Assembly (NCBI GenBank): GCA_024679065.1
Contig: JAGIQG010000022.1
Span: forward strand, 14,632,001 to 14,696,000
Source: Sphyrna mokarran
Lineage: Eukaryota
DNA length: 64,000 nucleotides
Reading direction: 5' to 3'
Positions 50,794-64,000 of the stretch are shown here, piece by piece. The notes under the pieces were generated by a model that saw only the letters and a list, made by a program, of their open reading frames with translations, was not told the origin of the DNA and made no database searches. The position numbers and the translations under genes were made by a program. How positions within the stretch are numbered: position 1 is the first letter of the stretch; every line of letters starts with the position of its first letter.

Positions 50794-51738
50794 ACTGTAA
50801 GATCAAATGCATCACTGCCAATGCTGCAGTCCCTAATAAAGCATACTGCATATTTATAGACTTCTCATTTTGGCATTTGTGCATCTACACAAAAGGGGAA
50901 ATTGGAAATTTTCAGACTCTTCAATTATGAAAGGAGGTGGTAGAGTGGGTGTATTGTTTATAGGAAAGCCAAAACACAATAGTAAAAGATAAATCCAGAA
51001 GACCACTTCAAAGTAAGCCTTAAATAGTAGGAGGAAGGAAGGATGCAAGGAAATATTCAAGTTGGCGAACGGAAATTTTTAGGATTAATGTTGGAAAGTC
51101 CTTTATAGACTGTCAGTATTTGGAAGGGAGACTGTTTGAGTCTAAATCCTTGTGACCATTCAATGCTGTGAACGGGGTGGGCATGATAGTTCAGACAGGG
51201 AGATATCGACTTTCCAACAGGAACGATCAAAGATGTCAGAAAATTGTACATCATCTCTCCTGTAACCACAATCATGCACAATAAATCTCTGTTCACATCA
51301 CAATTAATGGTCTGTGGCCATTTTAGACACACACTGATTGAACCTCCTCATAATGCTAGAGTGTATTACTGCAGAAGGCTTAGTTTTAAAAATTATGTTC
51401 CCAACAGATGTCTTCCTGAAATCAGTCACCCGATGCGTTACTCAGGACGACTGGCCCTCTGCCATTCCCTCCCCATAGAAGCAGCTACATCTGGTCTCTG
51501 CAGAAAGCCCACTTATGGGCAACTATCTCAGTGAGAATCAGAGACCAGAAGATGCTCCCATAATTATACAACTCCATGGCACAGTGCAATAGGTGTCTAT
51601 TCACTATACCATCTGTGTATAGCATTTCATAATTTATACTATTGTCCTATAAATATGCTATTAGTATTCTTGAAGAAAGTGAGGATTATCAGTTGGAAAT
51701 GTGCAGTGGTAGTAGCTCAGAAGGTTGGATGAATAGTA

Positions 51739-51865
51739 AATGATGTGGAGATGCCGGCGTTGGACTGGTTAAGAAGTCTCACAACACTAAGTTAAAGTGC
51801 AACATTTATTTGGTAGCACGAGCTTTTGGAGTGATGCTGACCTGATGGTGTTGAGACTTCTTACT
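51739..51865. mobile_element. Collapsed Penelope-like tailed hairpin (family B)
   Basis: Same tail as the 31580 element; residual arms AAGAAGTCTCACAACAC / GTGTTGAGACTTCTT; flanks ATGAATAGTA / ATGAATAATA. Confidence 0.7.
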
Positions 51866-53059
51866 ATGAATAATACAAGCATGACAAAACAGTTTGCATT
51901 TCCCCAATACTCGTGACCTCCCACACACAGTCATTATAAAACGTGCCTTATACAGTGCCTTATCAATGCCAAATGTCTTAGACAAGTCAATATAATAAAT
52001 TCCTTTTTGGAGTACAACAACTCGTGCTCAGTACTGGCAGTGTCCCAGAAGCAAAGGGGAGGGGAACAGCCACGTAATCCTGCTTTGTTAGTATTTTTAG
52101 TATTGGATGAGGATGGACTGTTGCCAAGGAATTGGTACAGGTGTGGAAATAGGTCCCTCTTTCAAGAGGGATAAAAAGTCAAAGAATATTTAAACCAAAT
52201 TACAAATTCTACATCACATAACTGCACGTTTACAAAAGGACAACTTTGAAGATTAAGAGAAACCAACTGAAGAGACAGCAGTGAATGTTCTGAACCAAGC
52301 AGAATCGTCCTGCTCCTAAAGAACAGGCGACAGAGACCTGAACACATACTTCACATCCTATCACTGTACCTTCCACACTGTGGTGACATCACAATTCTCC
52401 ATTCTACTGCAACCTCCCCAGGAGTTACATCATGATAAACACACACAGCTTCCCAAGAAATTCCAGATATGTTTAGTTTCTTTGGGCTGACATTAAAAAA
52501 CAAATTCCCAAAGATTGTTCAAGATTTGGATGGTGTATAAAAAATAAATACCAAGTACAAAAATATATTGGTAGGAACTACATACAAAATTCTAGCATGT
52601 GTCAGGAATGGGCAGTGCCAAATAATGGAATACAGTGCAATACCAGTGGCATAAACTAATATGCAAGAAAGAACTACACTCTTTTCACTTTTACTCTTCA
52701 AAGTAATTCATAAATTAAAGTATAAAATAACACCATATACAAGTACAGGTTCCACTTTATTTCCTAATTGCTTCTGGTTGATAAAGTGATGCATCATGTT
52801 AAAGTTTTAAAGTTTATTTATAGTGTCACAAATAGGCTTACATTAACACTGCAATGCAATTACTGTGAAAATCCCAACAGTCGCCACCCTCTGGTGCCTG
52901 TTCAAGTACACGGAGAGAGAATTTAGCATGACCAATGCACCTAATCAGCATGTCTTTCAGATCACTAAAGGATCATTCCAGTGCAAAAGGAAGCCATCAA
53001 GAGCATTGAGCCCATACCGACAACAATCCTACCTAGGCTCTAACCCTGTAACCTCACGT

Positions 53060-53495
53060 AGACAGACCAAGTAGACTGGGACTATATTCATTGGAATTCA
53101 GAACAATGAGGGGAGATCTTATAAAACATAAGATTATGAAGGGAGATAGACAAGAGAAGCAGGGAGGTTGTTTCCACTGGCAGGTAAAACTAGGACTAGG
53201 GGTTATAGCCTCAAAATGAGGAGCATATTTAGAACTGAGTTCAGGAGGAATTCCTTTATCCAAACGGTTATGAATCTATGGAATTCTCTGCCCCAGTGAA
53301 GCAGTTGAGGCTACCTCACTAAATGTTTTTAAAGGCAAGGAAAGACAAATTTTTGAACAGTGAAGGAATTAAGGGTTATGATGAGTGGGAGGGTAAGTGG
53401 AGTTGAGTCCATGAAAAGATCAGCCATGATCTTATTGAATGGTGGAGCAGGCTCAAAGAGCCAGATGGCCTACTGCTAGTTCTTACGTTCTTATG
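53060..53495 (+). mobile_element. CR1-like 3' fragment nested in an HE1-like SINE (52975-53700)
   Basis: LEFR.MRGDLI..KI.KG motif; SINE halves on either side. Confidence 0.8.
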
Positions 53496-56400
53496 TATTT
53501 ACTCTGCTAATCCCCCTGACTCCAAGGGTCAATTTAGCAGAGCCAATCAACCTACCCTGCACATTTTTGAACTGTGGGAGGAAACCGAGCACCCAGAGGG
53601 AACTCATGCGGACAAGCGGAGAATGTGCAAACTCTGCACAGGGAGTTCATCCAATTGAACCTTGCCATCGAGAGGCAGCAGTGCTAACCACTGTGCTGCC
53701 ATTTGTTAAAGAAAGAGACATCAGAAATGACAACCAGGAGAGAATTCTGGTTGGTGGGGTGCTGGATAATAAAGCTTACTGTGTATGTAAACATATCATT
53801 TGTAAAAAGCCAGCTATTGCCTGAACAACTGCACAAGAAAACCTAGTAGGAGATCCCTGTTCATATTTCCTGTCTTGGTTAAGGTTTTCAGTTACTGACA
53901 CCACAGAATAGCAGACCCTTAACCATGACTTTTTTTATAAAAGAGTTTTGCACTAATTTTAAATATAAAGTTGAACAAAGACAAAATGAAAGATAAATTC
54001 AGTGAACAAAGTGTTATGTATGCATTCTTCTGCAAATGGCAAGAGTTATGATTTATCCTTTCCTATCAGCCATCCATCATCTTTCCCCTCTGTGAAATGC
54101 TCTGCCTGGATTAAATGGAATATTATCCAGGTTTTACGCTTCTTTAAACAAGCCAAAATTCCCAACGTTTTAAGATAAACACTGACCCCCCAACATGACA
54201 AGTTAACAGATGTACATTGTGAGACCAGGCGCTTCAACCATCTCCCTTGCCTTCCCGCTGAAAGGTGTCAGCTGCTTTGCACTTTCTGACATCTTTTTAT
54301 AAATATTACAAAACAAAAATGCACTCAAGGCTGAATACCATAGTTTCATTGCAACAACAAATCATTCCTTGTCAGGACCAAAGACCGTTTGATCAGATTC
54401 TCAGGCATTCAAAGCCCATGCGTGTATGTGTGGCCTCTTGCACCAATACCCTATATATGGTTGGCCAACCTCAAAAGGGGGGGGGGGAAGGTTCTCCTCA
54501 GGTGTTTTCATTACCCACTTCAAACTATACTCCTTAAAAAAAATTAAAAAGAAGTTTTGCCTTTAAATTTACCAATCCTTATTTATATTTAGAAGACTTT
54601 TTATTTGTTCATGGGATATGGGCACTGCTGGCAGGGCCAATACTTATTGCCCGTACCTGAGGGCGTTTAAGAGTCAACTACATTGCTGTGGCTCTGCAGT
54701 CACACGTAGGTTAGACCAAATAAAGACAGCAGATTTTCTTTCCCTAAAAAACATTACTGAACCAGATGGATTTTTACAACAATGATTTCATGGTTATTAG
54801 TAAACTTTTAAATCCAGATATCTACTGGATTCAAATTCCACCATTTGCCATGGTGGGATTCGAACCGCAGTCTCCACAGCATTACCATGGGTCTCTGGAT
54901 TACTAATCCAGTGACAATATCACTATGCCACTGCCTCCCTTTTAACTTCAACGCAAACTTTACCCAATTGACCCATCCCAAAGGCAGTGTAGAGGGGTAT
55001 TCGGATTCAATGCGAAACATTCCCCAAAAACAAGCAAACTGAAGAAAAGGAGGGTTTAAACTGAGGAAAATGTCAAAACTAAAGTGAGTTTACAAAATAG
55101 CTTAGCAAACAAGAACGCTCTCAAATTGGATTCACTGTCTGTATAGAGTAGTCAGTTCTTACCTAGGCAGTTGCTCAAGTAACAAATGCCTCAGTATCCC
55201 TAAGTTTAGGATGGGTGAAGGAACAGTCAAGATTCCCACTTGGATTGGCGTTCAGCGATTCCTCCTGCCCCCTGTCGACCCTACACTTGATGGAAATCCA
55301 GACACGGGAATGTTGGGGGAGCACTAATCAGATTCAGCAGAGTCACTCTTAACACACCCAATCCTTAGTGGACTCAAGAGGTTCAACAAGGGCAATTAGA
55401 CAAGAGCATTCATGTAACTGTACTTGAATTGGGACAACATCTCAGGAAAGCAGCGGGGGCGGGGGGGGAAATCAGCAGCAAATATTGGCAACAGTAGCTG
55501 GTGGGGGGGAGGGGAGCAGAAAGCGAAGAACTGTCACAGCAGCAAAAACCATACAGCTCAGACTTGAAACAGTTCAAGAAGGAAAACATGCTGGATAACT
55601 TGCAGTCTCCAACTTTAAATCATTGAAGCAACATTTTGTCCCCCCACTCTCTGCCCGCCCCACTTAAGGAGTGACATTGCAATAAGGAGTACTCTGCAGA
55701 GAAATCTACAGCTTTATATATAAGTTTAAGAATCTCCCCCAACCCTCTCATCATTTTGCATGTTTCACATTCCTCCTCTCTGGAAGGGGAGAGAGAGAGA
55801 GAGCAAGAGCAAGAGAGAGACAGATTTTGCTGTTGGGAGTAAGCCAAGGGAAAGAAAAAGTCCTGATTCTGTTACCTCACCTTTCACAGGTTTACCCAGA
55901 CAGACCATTGGCAGCTTTTTAAAATAAAATATAACGTTTCTTTCTTTGAAAATTTTCAACTCTGTATTCAGCAACCAATTCCCGGTATTCAGCACAGTAC
56001 AGAACAATCATCACTTCACATGCACACAGGGAGAAGACCAGCAAAGATCAATACAACTAATTTGAAGGATCAGACAGCATAATCTTTGGCTAGCAGCTTT
56101 TTAAACTTCATCTGAGGGCCACATGGACATGCTCAGCTTGAATAACTCCGTCAAAAATATAAACACCCCATTGCCCTCCCCACGTTTCCAATCTTAGTTG
56201 CAAAAGCCAATCTTAGCACCCATACATCTAATCTGATTGGAATCAGCACCTTTGTAAAGGCACTGGCTTTTTGAGGACTCTCTATTGACAAATACTCTCC
56301 TTCACTGCAGCAGCAATAGTATCCAAATTGACCCGTCTCATTTCTATGAGGAATTGAGCAGCAAACCACTTGTGAATGGAAGTTCAGACCAGAAAATGTT

Positions 56401-59387
56401 GCACAAGATCACAATTTAAGTTTTTCACAAAAAGAAAATTAGCATTCAGGACACTTCCATAAATATACAGTATTTAATTGGATCACTAAGACAAATACAG
56501 TGGAATAGTGGCACAGGTGGTTAGCACTGTTGCCTCACAGTGCCAGTGACCCGGGTTCAATTCTGGCCTTGGGTCACTGCCTGTGTGAAGTTTGCATGGG
56601 TTTCCTCCAGGTGCTCCAATTTCCTCCCAGAGACCAAAGATGTGCAGATTAGGTAGATTGAGTACGCTAAATTTAAATTGCCCGTGTCAGGGGGACTAGC
56701 AGGTATTATGGGGATAGGCCCTGGGTTGTCAGTGCAGGATTGATGGGCTGAATGGTCTCCTTCTGCACTGTGGGGATTCTATGATAATCTGAACACTCAA
56801 GAATGAAGGCTAACATATGGTCCTATGTTATGGATTCATAAGGCAAAGCCCATCCCCAGACAGCTGATCTTAGCTACTGCTTCAATTCTCCAAACGTCTC
56901 TTGTACATTGGAATGGAGAAAGACATCAGCAACAGCCAGGTATCCTATTGCTAATGGCTTTCTAGTCACCTTTAAAGATTTGCAAGTTTATGTTTGTTGT
57001 GGACAGAATCAGAGGTAGTGGTCAGGCTCCCTAGCAGTCAGACAGCACTTTGTCAACACCCCACCTCCCCACCCAACCTCTCTCAAGAGCTCCCCCAGCT
57101 CTGCTGTACTTTTGACTCACTGCAGGAGGCAATCCACCTCAAGAACAATGCGGGGTCACAATTCTCACTCCAGGAGCTGGTCAGAATGCAGCGATAAGAT
57201 CACACATAAGGAACTTGAGTTAGAACGAGACAGAGCAAGAATCAAAGACAGACAGAAATCAGTTCCAGATCAGCTAACTCCACGACAGAACCAACACGCA
57301 ACATATCCTATAACCATTTATAAAGAAAGCTTGGCATGTGGCCCTCTTTTAAAAAAACACACGCCCAACATACAAATTCTCAGTTACTGGAGTAAAATCA
57401 AAAAGAAAAGTATCTGTTGTGCGGCCAATCCCAGAGTACTATTTTGATAAAATAACCACATAACAAATGAATCCAGTCACTGCACATGCAAATTTATCAG
57501 AAAATAGAAGCTACATTTGAATTTGCCCTGTGAATCATTAAACACCACAGCAGCCTCCAAAACAAATAACTCCCCCTGCAAAGTACTATTCCAAATATCA
57601 TACATCAGAATTAGTAAAACACACAGAAACAGAGAGCTCCCATTAGCCATACACTCAATCTTTTAACAAAAAACCCGTTCCCACTCAGAACGACTGACTG
57701 AAGATCTGACATGGCCCAAATTTAACACACTGCTTCACAAACACAAGAGGTTTAAATTTATCGGCACAGTGTCAATAACCCTCTCTCCCATGGATCATTC
57801 CCCCCCAATCTTTCCGTTTCCAAGTTGCAGGATCCACGTGCTACTGTTTTGCCAACTCCCAATTCAGGAGAGACCAAGGCGCGAGTTATTAGAACACGTG
57901 CACAAGGCCGCTTCAACACTCCTACGCTTTCCAAACCCAAGCACAGTTTGGGCGATCAAACAGCCACTATCTGGTTTTAACATCAATGTCAAAACTGTGA
58001 ACAAGTTACATACGGGAGCAACTCTCACCAGCCACACAAACATTGTCCAACAGCAAGCACAACTCACTTCTTGTGCAAGTGTATAAAATTCTACCTGTAC
58101 CTGTTCCATTTAGTCACAGCGATGTGTAGATATTTATGGGTTTGTCACCTGGCTGTAGGCAAATAGTTCAGCTGAAATTCTTTCCAATCCTCATTGCAAC
58201 ACCCACTGCATTTGTTTCCTCCTCTAGTTCCTCCCCTGAAGAGGCCATGTAAATTCAAGACACTTTGGAAGGGCTCTTTTGAAAACATGCTGAGAGAAAA
58301 TGAATGCCAGCAGAGGCCTTAAGATCAGGTCTAAATACTGTTGGGACATTTAGGACCTTTTGTCAGCTCACTGTAGCCACAACTCAAAAAGAAGCATCTG
58401 ATACCACAAAATCCCTACAGTGCAGCAGGAGGCCATCTGGAACCTGTACTGACAGCAATCCCACCCAGGCCCTTTTCCTGTAACCTGACAACCAAGGGGC
58501 AATTTAGCACGGCCAGTCAACCTAACATCTTTGGACTGTGGGAGGAAACTGGAGCACCCGGAGGAAACCCACGCAGACAAAGGGAGAATGTGTAAACTCC
58601 ACACAGTGACCCGAGGAGGGAATTGAACCCAGGTCTATGGTGCAATGAGGCAGCAGTGCTAACTGCTGTGCCACCTGCAAATCCTATTTGAAATTACCGT
58701 CAGTACTGACTTCCCCAAAGACCAGCTAAACTTCCCTCCGTCTCATCAGGGTAGCAGTGGGAAATAAACTCTGGACATAATCCTCAATGCCTGGCCCACT
58801 ATCCAGCTGACAATCCCACCTTCTCCTGTTCCAGGCGATTCAAATCATCAAGAAAAATAAAATTTTAAAACTAGTACACTCACTTAAACTAGAAAACATT
58901 CTAGGTGAGGTTTGGACGCCAAATAGAAATTGTTTAACAGCTTAGAACTCTCTGCAGCTACTACCTAGCTGAATCAGTGTGCTGAGCTCTGAGGGTTCAA
59001 AGTTAACCCTTGTTATTAGAGGAATATTTCCCAACCAGAACTTGCACTTATCCATCCTTTTAACGTAGGAAAAGCATCCCAATGTGCTTAACTGAGTCAA
59101 GGCTCATAAGGAACAGCTCCTGGTGCCTCCTATTGGCTGACGGCAGCTTATTTTAACTATTGCACTTTTCTTGCAAGTTAAGAAAGATGAGGCAGGAGCA
59201 GCCAGCTCCTGTTGACCAACTGGAATGCATCATTTGAGTGCATGTTCCAAAGAACAGGACACTAACCAGATATCAGTGATTGCTCTTCAAAAAGTATTTC
59301 ATTATTTGTGAAACACACGTTATAGAAGCAAACACAGCTTTCAACTGCACACAACAAGTTATCATTTTGCTGTTCGTGGGAGCAAGA

Positions 59388-59840
59388 CCAGAAGATACAG
59401 GAGCAGAGTTAGGCCATTTGGCTCACTGATCCTGCTCTGCCATTCAATCATGGCAAATAAGTTTCTCAACCCTATTCTTTTCCCCATAATCTTTGATACC
59501 TTTGCCAATCAAGAACCTATCTATCTTTGTCTTAAATACATTCAAGGACCTGGCCTCCACAGCTTTCTGTGGTAATGAATTCCATAGATTCACCACCCTC
59601 TGGCTGAAGAAATTCCTCCTCATCTTGGTTCTAAAGGGGACTTGGTTCTAAAGTAGGATCCAAGGGGACAGCTTCAGAGTAAGGGGTTCGTCCCCTTGGA
59701 TCCTACTCTCAATTTCAAATGGAAACATCTTCCCAGGCCTTTCAGTATTCTGTAAATTTCAATGAGATATATCCCCTCGTTCTTTTAAACTTCACTGAGT
59801 ACAGACACAGAGTCCTCAAACGCTGCTCATGCATAGAGAT
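59388..59840 (-). mobile_element. CR1-like 3' fragment with an internal micro-inversion
   Basis: Similar to 34160-34560. Confidence 0.8.
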
Positions 59841-60664
59841 GAATGGCCAACTTAAGTTGTATTGGCCGGGGAGTAGGAATGTTGGCCAGGACATCGATGA
59901 GCTCCTCGCTTTTCTTTGAGCATCTTTCACATCCGTCCGAGGCCCCAGTTTAGCCCTGATCCAAAAGAGTTTGCTCTCAGCACAGGGCAACAGACCCGGA
60001 TCGTGGGCTGAAATCAGGAGTGGAGCTTAACCTTTCAAGGTTAAATGACTCAGGCGAGGGTACAACCAAGCTGATTCACAAGAGGAACTGAAAAGACAAA
60101 ATAAATAATGTTCCACAAACCTAGTCATTTTGTTTGAAAAGGACTTGGCAGCAGCTGGAAGGAGCATGGAGGCACACCAGAAGAAAAGAATTGGCCACTT
60201 GCTCACTTGAGTAAATAGGTTTATTTTACTGGTCAAGTGAGCTCCATAAAAATGGAATATTAAAAATTTTAGACACAAAGATTCTCTGTATTCCAATCTG
60301 CTTGAATGTTCCCAATAGGCTACTGTAGACTGGAATGATACCACTGCCCTTCCCAGCACAACTGCTTGCAGCTGAGTGACATATTAAAGCACTAATACAA
60401 TGACAGCAGTATGGTCAGTACAGAGCAAAGTTACCTCAATCGTTAAATACTATACAAGCAACTTATTCTTTTCTTGTTTGGGTAACTATTAACTTATTAA
60501 GTTTAATCAGATTTAATATTTCTAAGCATCCCCGAACCCTGCACGTCAATGGCCGAAACTGGCGAGATCCAACATTCAATTCTTCTCTCTCCCCGTCTAA
60601 AAGAACTGATTCAGATCATATAAACTGACCGCAAAAATATATTGTTCAAATAGCTAACTGGGTG

Positions 60665-60940
60665 TCACTATGACTTAGCTGGTAATACACTCACACTTAA
60701 GTAAGAAGCTGATGGGTTCAAGTCCCACTTCAGATGCTCGATCACAAAAATCAAGGCTGACGTTCCAGTGAAGAACTGAGGGAGTGCTACGCTGTCTGAG
60801 GTACCATCATAAGGTGAGATACCAAAAAAATCCCGAGGCACAGAACAGCAAGAGTAGTTCAACCAACATTGTTAAAAAAATGTACTGATCATTTATTACT
60901 TTGCCATTTATGGAACGACAAATTGGCTTTCATGTTTTCT
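60665..60940 (+). mobile_element. DeuSINE/SacSINE1-like element (related relics at ~4790-4960, 26630-27070, 47955-48340)
   Basis: GGGTTCAAGTCCCAC head and ACTGAGGGAGTGCT..CTGTC..AGGT Deu-like core; family identity recalled. Confidence 0.6.
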
Positions 60941-62924
60941 ATGAAGGGAGACAATGGCCTAGTGGTATTATCGCTAGACTATTAATCCAGAAACACAGTT
61001 AATGTTCTGGCGATCCAGGTTCGAATCCCACCATGGCAGATTGTAGAATTTGAAATCAATTAACAAAATCTGGAATCTATTGATGACCATTAAATCATTG
61101 TCGATTGTCGGAAATCCCCATCTGATTCACTAAATGTCCTTCAGGGAAGGAAATCTGCCATCCTTATCCAGTTTGGCCTACATTGAGCCAGAGCAATGTG
61201 GTTGATTCTCAACTGCCCTCAGGCAACTAGGGATGGGTAGTAAATGCTGGCCAACCAGTGACCCCATGTGCCATGTTAAAAAGATCGCAATTTCAAATGT
61301 AATTCATTGTCTACAGACAGACAGCCAGCATGGATGTGGGCTGAATGGCCTCCTTTCATGATTCTACAACTCTATAAAGGACTTTAGCTTCGAGGTTATG
61401 GCTGGAATTATATAAATGCAAGTTTTTTTTTAATAATTCCTTTACTTAAACATTTATAGATAATCTCAACTTTTATCACCTTAATGTGTTCAGAAATTAC
61501 CCAGACAAGATTGAACACTAAAATAAAATAGGGCCAAGCTGTTGAAGGTTAAATACAGTTAACCCCCCACTGCCATGAATAGACTGGAGCTGTCAGGGAA
61601 ATATCACTTTCGATCAATCTGGAATTTCAAAATGGCAAAACATCCCGCCCTCCTCAAATACCTGGGGTGTTTGCATTCCATATCTCAGGGAGTGTTTCCC
61701 ACATCTTCATAAAGGTCTCTGCATCATAATCTTTAAAAGCAGCGTGTTTTGCAAGTTCCAAACCAAGATTTTCAAGACTCTCGTGGGAGGATTTAAAAGA
61801 AAATTAGAAGATACGCAGCGGCACGGTTCCAACGGACAGAAAAGAGACTGTCCTTAGAGACTGACAATCACCACTTTGAGAAGAACCGGAGGATTCACTG
61901 CAGCAAGATTGAAAAGGGCACTTCATTTACTGACCGGAGATGGACCGGTGTGATTTCAGCAGAAGCAGAGCAAAAAGTGGGCAGAAACAGAACTGGATTG
62001 TACAAGACAGGGCTACACCAAATTCTTGACAAAATTACCAGACAAAGTATCACCAATGCAGTTTAAACTGCAGCAAGCAACAGCAGGTCAATGGGTTTGT
62101 ACAAAAGAGGATTTCTCCTCCTCTTTGATTATTGATCATTCTCAGGCCATTTAATTTGTCTTTATGATCTTATTCCAAACCCCCACTTCCCCCCACCGCC
62201 CTGCAATATCTCTTATTTTTATTTCCACATAAAATGAAACATGATTAAAAGTCAGAGAGCCCAGGTTTATTTGGAAGGCAGGAGAGGGAAGGGAAGATTT
62301 CGCCCTAAAATGGTAAAACAACAAATTAAATTAAAAATAGACTGGGCTGCAACCCAGCGCCCTGCTGGTGACTTGTGGCGTCCAAGTGATACCCAACACT
62401 CAGATCACGATCACAAGGGACATCAGGTGCCGGCACAGTCAGCCAGTCCCCAGCTTTGTGGACACTGACTGAACTGATACTGAATCGACTTCTCTGTCCA
62501 GGCCTCAATCACGGAGACCCGAAGCCAATTTGGATCAAATAGGCCAACCATCAGTAAACATCCAAACTCACACTTCCCAACAGCAAGACAAAGAGGGCGT
62601 TGGTAGAGCTCTGGGAGGATATGACTAAAAGAGAGATTGAACCTTCCCGCTTAGTCACGAAGCTGTGTTTTTATAGCAACGTACTTACTGGCAGCAGTCA
62701 CTGCCACTGTCAATATTCAACTTCAAATAAACACATCACTATGGATGGGAGTCACAGGTTTTGTTTGCAATTCAACAAACAGGGCTTTCTTCCCTTTGCT
62801 TTGCTCTGGAGGTAACTCAATAATATACTGCCGACTCAACAAAATACCATAGATCTCCAAGTTTACCTTCTGCCCAACAACCTACATCAATTCTGAAAGA
62901 TGGAACTTCAATTTCTTTTTTTAA

Positions 62925-63955
62925 GTTCATAAGATATAGGAGCAGAATTAAGCCATCTAATCATGGTTAATATGCTCCTCATCTCCATTTTCCTGCCCTC
63001 TCCCCATAATCCTTCAATCTATTACTAATTAAAAATCTGTCGAACACCTCCTTATAGTTACTTACTGACCCAGCACTCAGTGCACTTTGGGGTTGCGAAT
63101 TCCACAGATTCGCAACCCTTTGGGAGAAGCAGTTTCTCCTCAGCTCTGTTGTAAATTTGCTACCTCTTATTGTAAAACTATGACCTCTCGTCCTAGAATG
63201 TCTCACAGAAGGAAGCATCCGCTCCATGTCTACTTTATCCATGCCTTTTATCATCTTGTGTATCTCAATTTGATCTCTCCTTGTTCCTCTAAATTCCAGA
63301 CAGAGGCCTAAATTGTACAATCTCTCTTCACATGACAAGCCCCTCATTTTTGGAATCAATTTAGTGAACTTCCCTTCATTTCCAGTCAAACTCAGAGGAA
63401 GCACAGTCTAAGCTTTAGGAAAAACCAACAAATTATTTCACAGGAAGCTGGAGATTGCATTCACCCAATTAAACCTCCTGCCCCATAGAGGTCATTGTAT
63501 GGGGACAATCGTGGTTTATTAATAGTGTGCAAAGTGTTGTGCGTTGTTATTTTGAATACAAGAAAGGTGCACAAGTTTTGTAGAAATATACAAAATTCGA
63601 ACAGGATTAGACAGGACAGATTCAGAAAAAAATGTTCCCAATGGTGGGGGAGTCTAGAACTAGGGATCATAGTTTGAGGATAAGGGGTAAACTTTTAGAA
63701 CTGAGGTGAGGAGAAATTTCTTCACTCAGAAAATGGCGAATGTGTGGAATTCACTACCACAGAATGTAGTTGAGGCCAAAACATTGTGTGATTTTAAGAA
63801 GAAATTAGACATAGCGCTTGGAGTTAAAGGGATCAGGGGATTTTGGGGGCGGGGGGGGCAGAAATCAAGATATTGAGTTGAATGATCAGTCATGATCAAA
63901 GTGAATGATGGAGCAGGCTCGAAGGACCAAATGGCCCACTCCTGCTTCTAATTTT
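62925..63955. mobile_element. Two CR1-like 3' fragments in opposite orientation (62925-63375 on -, 63570-63955 on +)
   Basis: TRGHS..IRG..F.TE.RRN.F.Q motif on both strands. Confidence 0.8.
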
Positions 63956-64000
63956 TAAGAGCTGCAGATGTAGCCCAAATTGTGCTTAATGTGGTATAAT

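Noticed and set aside
60946-61035. tRNA-like sequence (also ~5700, 31925, 56505)
   Set aside because: These are SINE heads that continue into the SINE body; I could not fold an intact cloverleaf.
62979-63404. 141-aa ORF (also 2330-2731, 34554-34922, 8977-9237)
   Set aside because: C-terminal fragments of decayed CR1 ORF2, not host genes or active elements.

Overview
Vertebrate genomic DNA, almost certainly a shark (inferred from the dense HE1/V-SINE-type, DeuSINE-type, CR1/HER1-type and Penelope-type repeats). Four intron-containing genes were rebuilt by hand from splice sites and phase. (1) A tapasin-family gene (TAPBPL/TAPBPR-like; - strand; exons 1-4 at 10353->515, continuing off the left edge), with IRF/ISRE motifs about 50-115 bp upstream of its ATG. 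(2) EXO5 (- strand; 6 coding exons at 27822->15210; 405 aa; nuclease motifs and Fe-S cysteines intact). (3) LIAT1/C17orf97 (+ strand; 2 exons at 28979-33606; 206 aa), head-to-head with EXO5 across a GC-rich promoter. (4) RFLNB/FAM101B (- strand; exons 2-3 at 45642->43796; exon 1 not found and probably beyond the right edge). Most other ORFs in the track are repeat-derived noise. The most notable observations are: a non-MHC tapasin paralogue with a long editing loop, no free cysteine and an interferon-type promoter; three Penelope-derived tailed hairpin insertions with target-site duplications, one a 94/95-bp palindrome carrying a hammerhead-like core in both arms; a chimeric duplicated pseudo-exon inside EXO5; a solo LTR; and a template-switch micro-inversion. 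All identifications come from recalled family motifs; no database search was run. Repeat boundaries are approximate.
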